The position numbers and the translations under genes were made by a program. The notes under the pieces were generated by a model. That model did no database searches. It saw nothing but the letters and a program-made list of their open reading frames with translations, and was not told where the DNA came from. Positions 61,455 to 64,000 of a stretch of DNA of 64,000 nucleotides are shown here, one piece after another. This DNA comes from an uncultured delta proteobacterium (lineage in GTDB: Bacteria; Myxococcota_A; Polyangia; Polyangiales; Polyangiaceae), in assembly GCA_963841435.1 (NCBI GenBank), contig CAWJCS010000005.1, positions 1,312,001-1,376,000 of the forward strand, in the 5' to 3' direction. Each line of letters begins with the position of its first letter. The stretch's first letter is position 1.

Positions 61455-62062
61455 GCTACTGGCCGGCGTGGCTCGGTGGGCTGTCGCTCGCCACCGTCAT
61501 GGTCCTGCACTGGTTCGGAGTGGGCCGGATGATGGCCGTCTCGGGCCGCGTCACGGCGATCATCGATCGCCTGCGGCTCGGGCCGCGCGAGCCCGCCGCG
61601 CACCTGTCCGAGGACGAGCTCGTCGCCGCCTTGCGCGCGGCGACGGAAGCGGAGTTCGGCACGGCGTCCTTACCCGAGCCCGCCCCGTCGTCGGAGTCGA
61701 GCGCGCGTGGGGAGAGCCGGCGACCGGCGCGACGCGCACCCCAGCCGTTCGCTGCTCATCTCGTGATGTTCGTCTTCCTCGGGCTCGGCGGGTTGCTCGC
61801 CACGCGTTCGAGCTGGTCGACGAGCGCCACGTTGCGCGGCCAAGGCTTCGCGACGCTGGCCGGTGGTTCCCCGTGGGTGTCGGCCGGCTTGCTACTGGTC
61901 GGTGGCATCTTGGTCGGGTTCGGGACGCGCATGGCAGGCGGCTGCACGTCCGGCCACGGCCTGTGTGGTGCGAGTCGCCTCCAGCGCGGCAGCTTGCTCG
62001 CGACGGTGGGTTTTTTCGGAGCCGGCGTCGTCACGTCGTTCGTCCTCGGGAGGTTCTTGTGA
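61451..62062 (+). CDS. YeeE/YedE family sulfur-compound transporter subunit
   Basis: GRMMAVSG, GGILVGFGTRMAGGCTSGHGLCG. Confidence 0.9.
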   Translation: MSYWPAWLGGLSLATVMVLHWFGVGRMMAVSGRVTAIIDRLRLGPREPAAHLSEDELVAALRAATEAEFGTASLPEPAPSSESSARGESRRPARRAPQPFAAHLVMFVFLGLGGLLATRSSWSTSATLRGQGFATLAGGSPWVSAGLLLVGGILVGFGTRMAGGCTSGHGLCGASRLQRGSLLATVGFFGAGVVTSFVLGRFL

Positions 62063-62493
62063 CGCTCGAGCGTGTGCGCGATTTTGCAGGCGTGGCGTTC
62101 ATCGGGCTCTTCTTCGGCTATGCGCTGAGCCGCATCGGCTTCAGCTCGTGGGACGAAGTGCACGCGATGTTCACCTTCCGCCATTTCAACCTGCTCCTCG
62201 CGTTCGTGATCGCGCTCGCGGTGCTCGGGCCGGCGTGGGCGCTCATCGCGAAGCTCTCCCGCCCACACTGGACGCCCCGCCCGATCCACAAGGGAACGCT
62301 CGTCGGCGGCATCCTGTTCGGCGCCGGCTGGGCGCTCTCGGGCGCGTGTCCGAGCATCGCGGCGGTGCAGGTCGGCGAAGGGCAGCTCGGCGGCATCGTG
62401 ACGTTCGCCGGCATCTTCGCCGGGAATTTTCTCTACGCGCTCGCGCACGAGCGCTACTTCCGCTGGACGGCGGGCAGCTGCCTCGACGACTGA
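62059..62493 (+). CDS. YeeE/YedE family partner subunit
   Basis: GLFFGYAL, MFTF, GGILFGAGWALSGACP. Confidence 0.88.
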   Translation: MTLERVRDFAGVAFIGLFFGYALSRIGFSSWDEVHAMFTFRHFNLLLAFVIALAVLGPAWALIAKLSRPHWTPRPIHKGTLVGGILFGAGWALSGACPSIAAVQVGEGQLGGIVTFAGIFAGNFLYALAHERYFRWTAGSCLDD

Positions 62494-62767
62494 CGCGACG
62501 ACGCGAGGCGCGCTCGGCGACGCGCCCCATTTCCATGGGCTCGACCCTACCCGGCGGCGCGGAGCGGCTGAGGAGCGCGGTTATATAACCCGCGGGGAGC
62601 AACGGCGGGGTGAAGGGCACGCCACATCTGCGCTCTTCGGAAGATGCGGGTTGCGCTCCACCATCTCGTTTTGATTGGATGACGTGCCGAAACATGACCG
62701 GTGCCACCATCGGGACCGGAGACTCTGCCGAACGCGGATGGGGGCCGAACCGAAACGAGATGACCCC

Positions 62768-63895
62768 ATGACCTGCGACGTACTCTTCGTCGATGACGAG
62801 CCCGAGAACCGCATCGTGTTCGAGGCCGCCTGCGCGGGTCATTTCGACGTGATGACGGCCGCGTCCGCCAAGGAGGCGCTGGAGATTCTGCGCGAGCACG
62901 AGGTTTTCGTGTTGATCGCCGATCAGCGCATGCCGGAGATGACCGGCCTCGAGCTGCTCGAACGGGTGCGCGACGAGTTCCCGAACGTCGTGCGGATGCT
63001 CGTCACCGCTTTCGCTGACTTGCAGAGCGCCATCGACGCCATCAACCGCGGACAGGTGCGCCGCTACCTCAGAAAGCCCTGGGAGCACGCCGAGCTCTTG
63101 TCGGTGCTCGGCGAAGGCGTCGAGTACCACCACATGCGCTCGAAGGTCTGGGCGCTCGAGCGGCGGCTGCTCGAGACCGAACGGGTGTACGCGCTCGGCG
63201 TGATCACGGCGGGCCTCGCGCGCGAGCTCGACGGCCCAGTGTCGGCGCTGCGCGGGCACGTCACTCGCGCACGCGACCTCTTGCGCGTTGCGTTCGAGTC
63301 GGTGAACGCCACGACGCCGGGCGGCTCGCCGCTGCGCGCACACTTGGTCGACGCCGACGAGGAGCTCGCCGAAGCCCTGGCACGCGGCCAGAGCGTGCTC
63401 GACGTCGTACGCGGCGTCGGCATTCCGACGGGCCCCGCCGCGCGGCAAAACGTGAATGCGAGCGAGGTCTTGCGCCTCACGATGAAGCTCATCCAGAGCG
63501 AGCTCAGGGCGGCGGGCAGCGTCGTCATCGACGTGCGGCCCGTTCCGCTCGTGTCGGGGTCGCCCGCCCAGGTCGGGCACGTGATGTTGAATCTGCTCGT
63601 GGGCGCGCTCGACGGCATGACGAATCTGCCACGCGAGCGGCGCGAGCTCGGTATCCGGCTCGCCCACGAGGAGCCGTGGGTGGTGTTCGAGGTCAAGGCC
63701 TCCGGCAGCCCACAAGCACCCGAAGGCGGCCAGCGTACGCCGGGCTCCGCACCGCCGGATCTCGGTCCCGGCCTCGGGCTCGCCATCTCGCATTCCATCG
63801 TGTCCGAGCTCGGCGGCGAGCTCGACTCCGAGCACCCACCGGATGCGAGCGCGGTCTTTCGCATGCGGCTCCGCCGGGGCACGACCGACACCTGA
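62768..63895 (+). CDS. Receiver domain fused to a degenerate histidine kinase
   Basis: REC FVDDEP, ADQRMP, RKPW; H-box reads AGLARELDGP, N-box NLLVGA, no DxGxG; GLGLAIS retained. Confidence 0.85.
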   Translation: MTCDVLFVDDEPENRIVFEAACAGHFDVMTAASAKEALEILREHEVFVLIADQRMPEMTGLELLERVRDEFPNVVRMLVTAFADLQSAIDAINRGQVRRYLRKPWEHAELLSVLGEGVEYHHMRSKVWALERRLLETERVYALGVITAGLARELDGPVSALRGHVTRARDLLRVAFESVNATTPGGSPLRAHLVDADEELAEALARGQSVLDVVRGVGIPTGPAARQNVNASEVLRLTMKLIQSELRAAGSVVIDVRPVPLVSGSPAQVGHVMLNLLVGALDGMTNLPRERRELGIRLAHEEPWVVFEVKASGSPQAPEGGQRTPGSAPPDLGPGLGLAISHSIVSELGGELDSEHPPDASAVFRMRLRRGTTDT

Positions 63896-64000
63896 AGGAA
63901 CCGAGCGTCCGCCGCGCGAGCCGTTTGGACGAGCCCCGCTACGCGGGCGGCGGCACGCTCTTGTGCACGGCGGCGCGCCGGAAGCCGCGCGCGAGCGCCT

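Overview
Very GC-rich bacterial DNA whose gene content (Gly-rich-linker lipoproteins, Hanks kinase, ECF sigma/anti-sigma pair, PilZ proteins) suggests Myxococcota, probably Polyangiaceae-like (inference). No rRNA, tRNA, CRISPR array or transposase was recognised. Main blocks: (1) 1-16.4 kb, two convergent circularly permuted ATP-grasp / alpha-E / transglutaminase modules, one transglutaminase ending in poly-Gln; (2) 19.7-32.2 kb, glycogen genes glgB-glgX and glgE, separated by an ECF sigma with a carbohydrate-binding-type partner, a PilZ gene and a broken DUF3160 gene; (3) 32.3-35.7 kb, a divergent BNR_4/GH88 lipoprotein pair; (4) 36.4-46.3 kb, the most interesting locus: a c-di-GMP phosphodiesterase, a double-PilZ/putative acyltransferase protein, an Rv1355c/OxzB-like ThiF-nitroreductase and a multi-TM hybrid histidine kinase, read as a candidate c-di-GMP-gated oxazolone-type signal synthase/sensor unit; (5) 46-64 kb, lectin, GH6, ppa, O-methyltransferase with a PNPOx-GAF regulator, GH3, Ser/Thr kinase, pgl, an ABC exporter, a YeeE pair and a receiver-pseudokinase. 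Several genes carry single-base disruptions that look like consensus/sequencing errors. All domain calls come from motif recognition by eye, not database searches.
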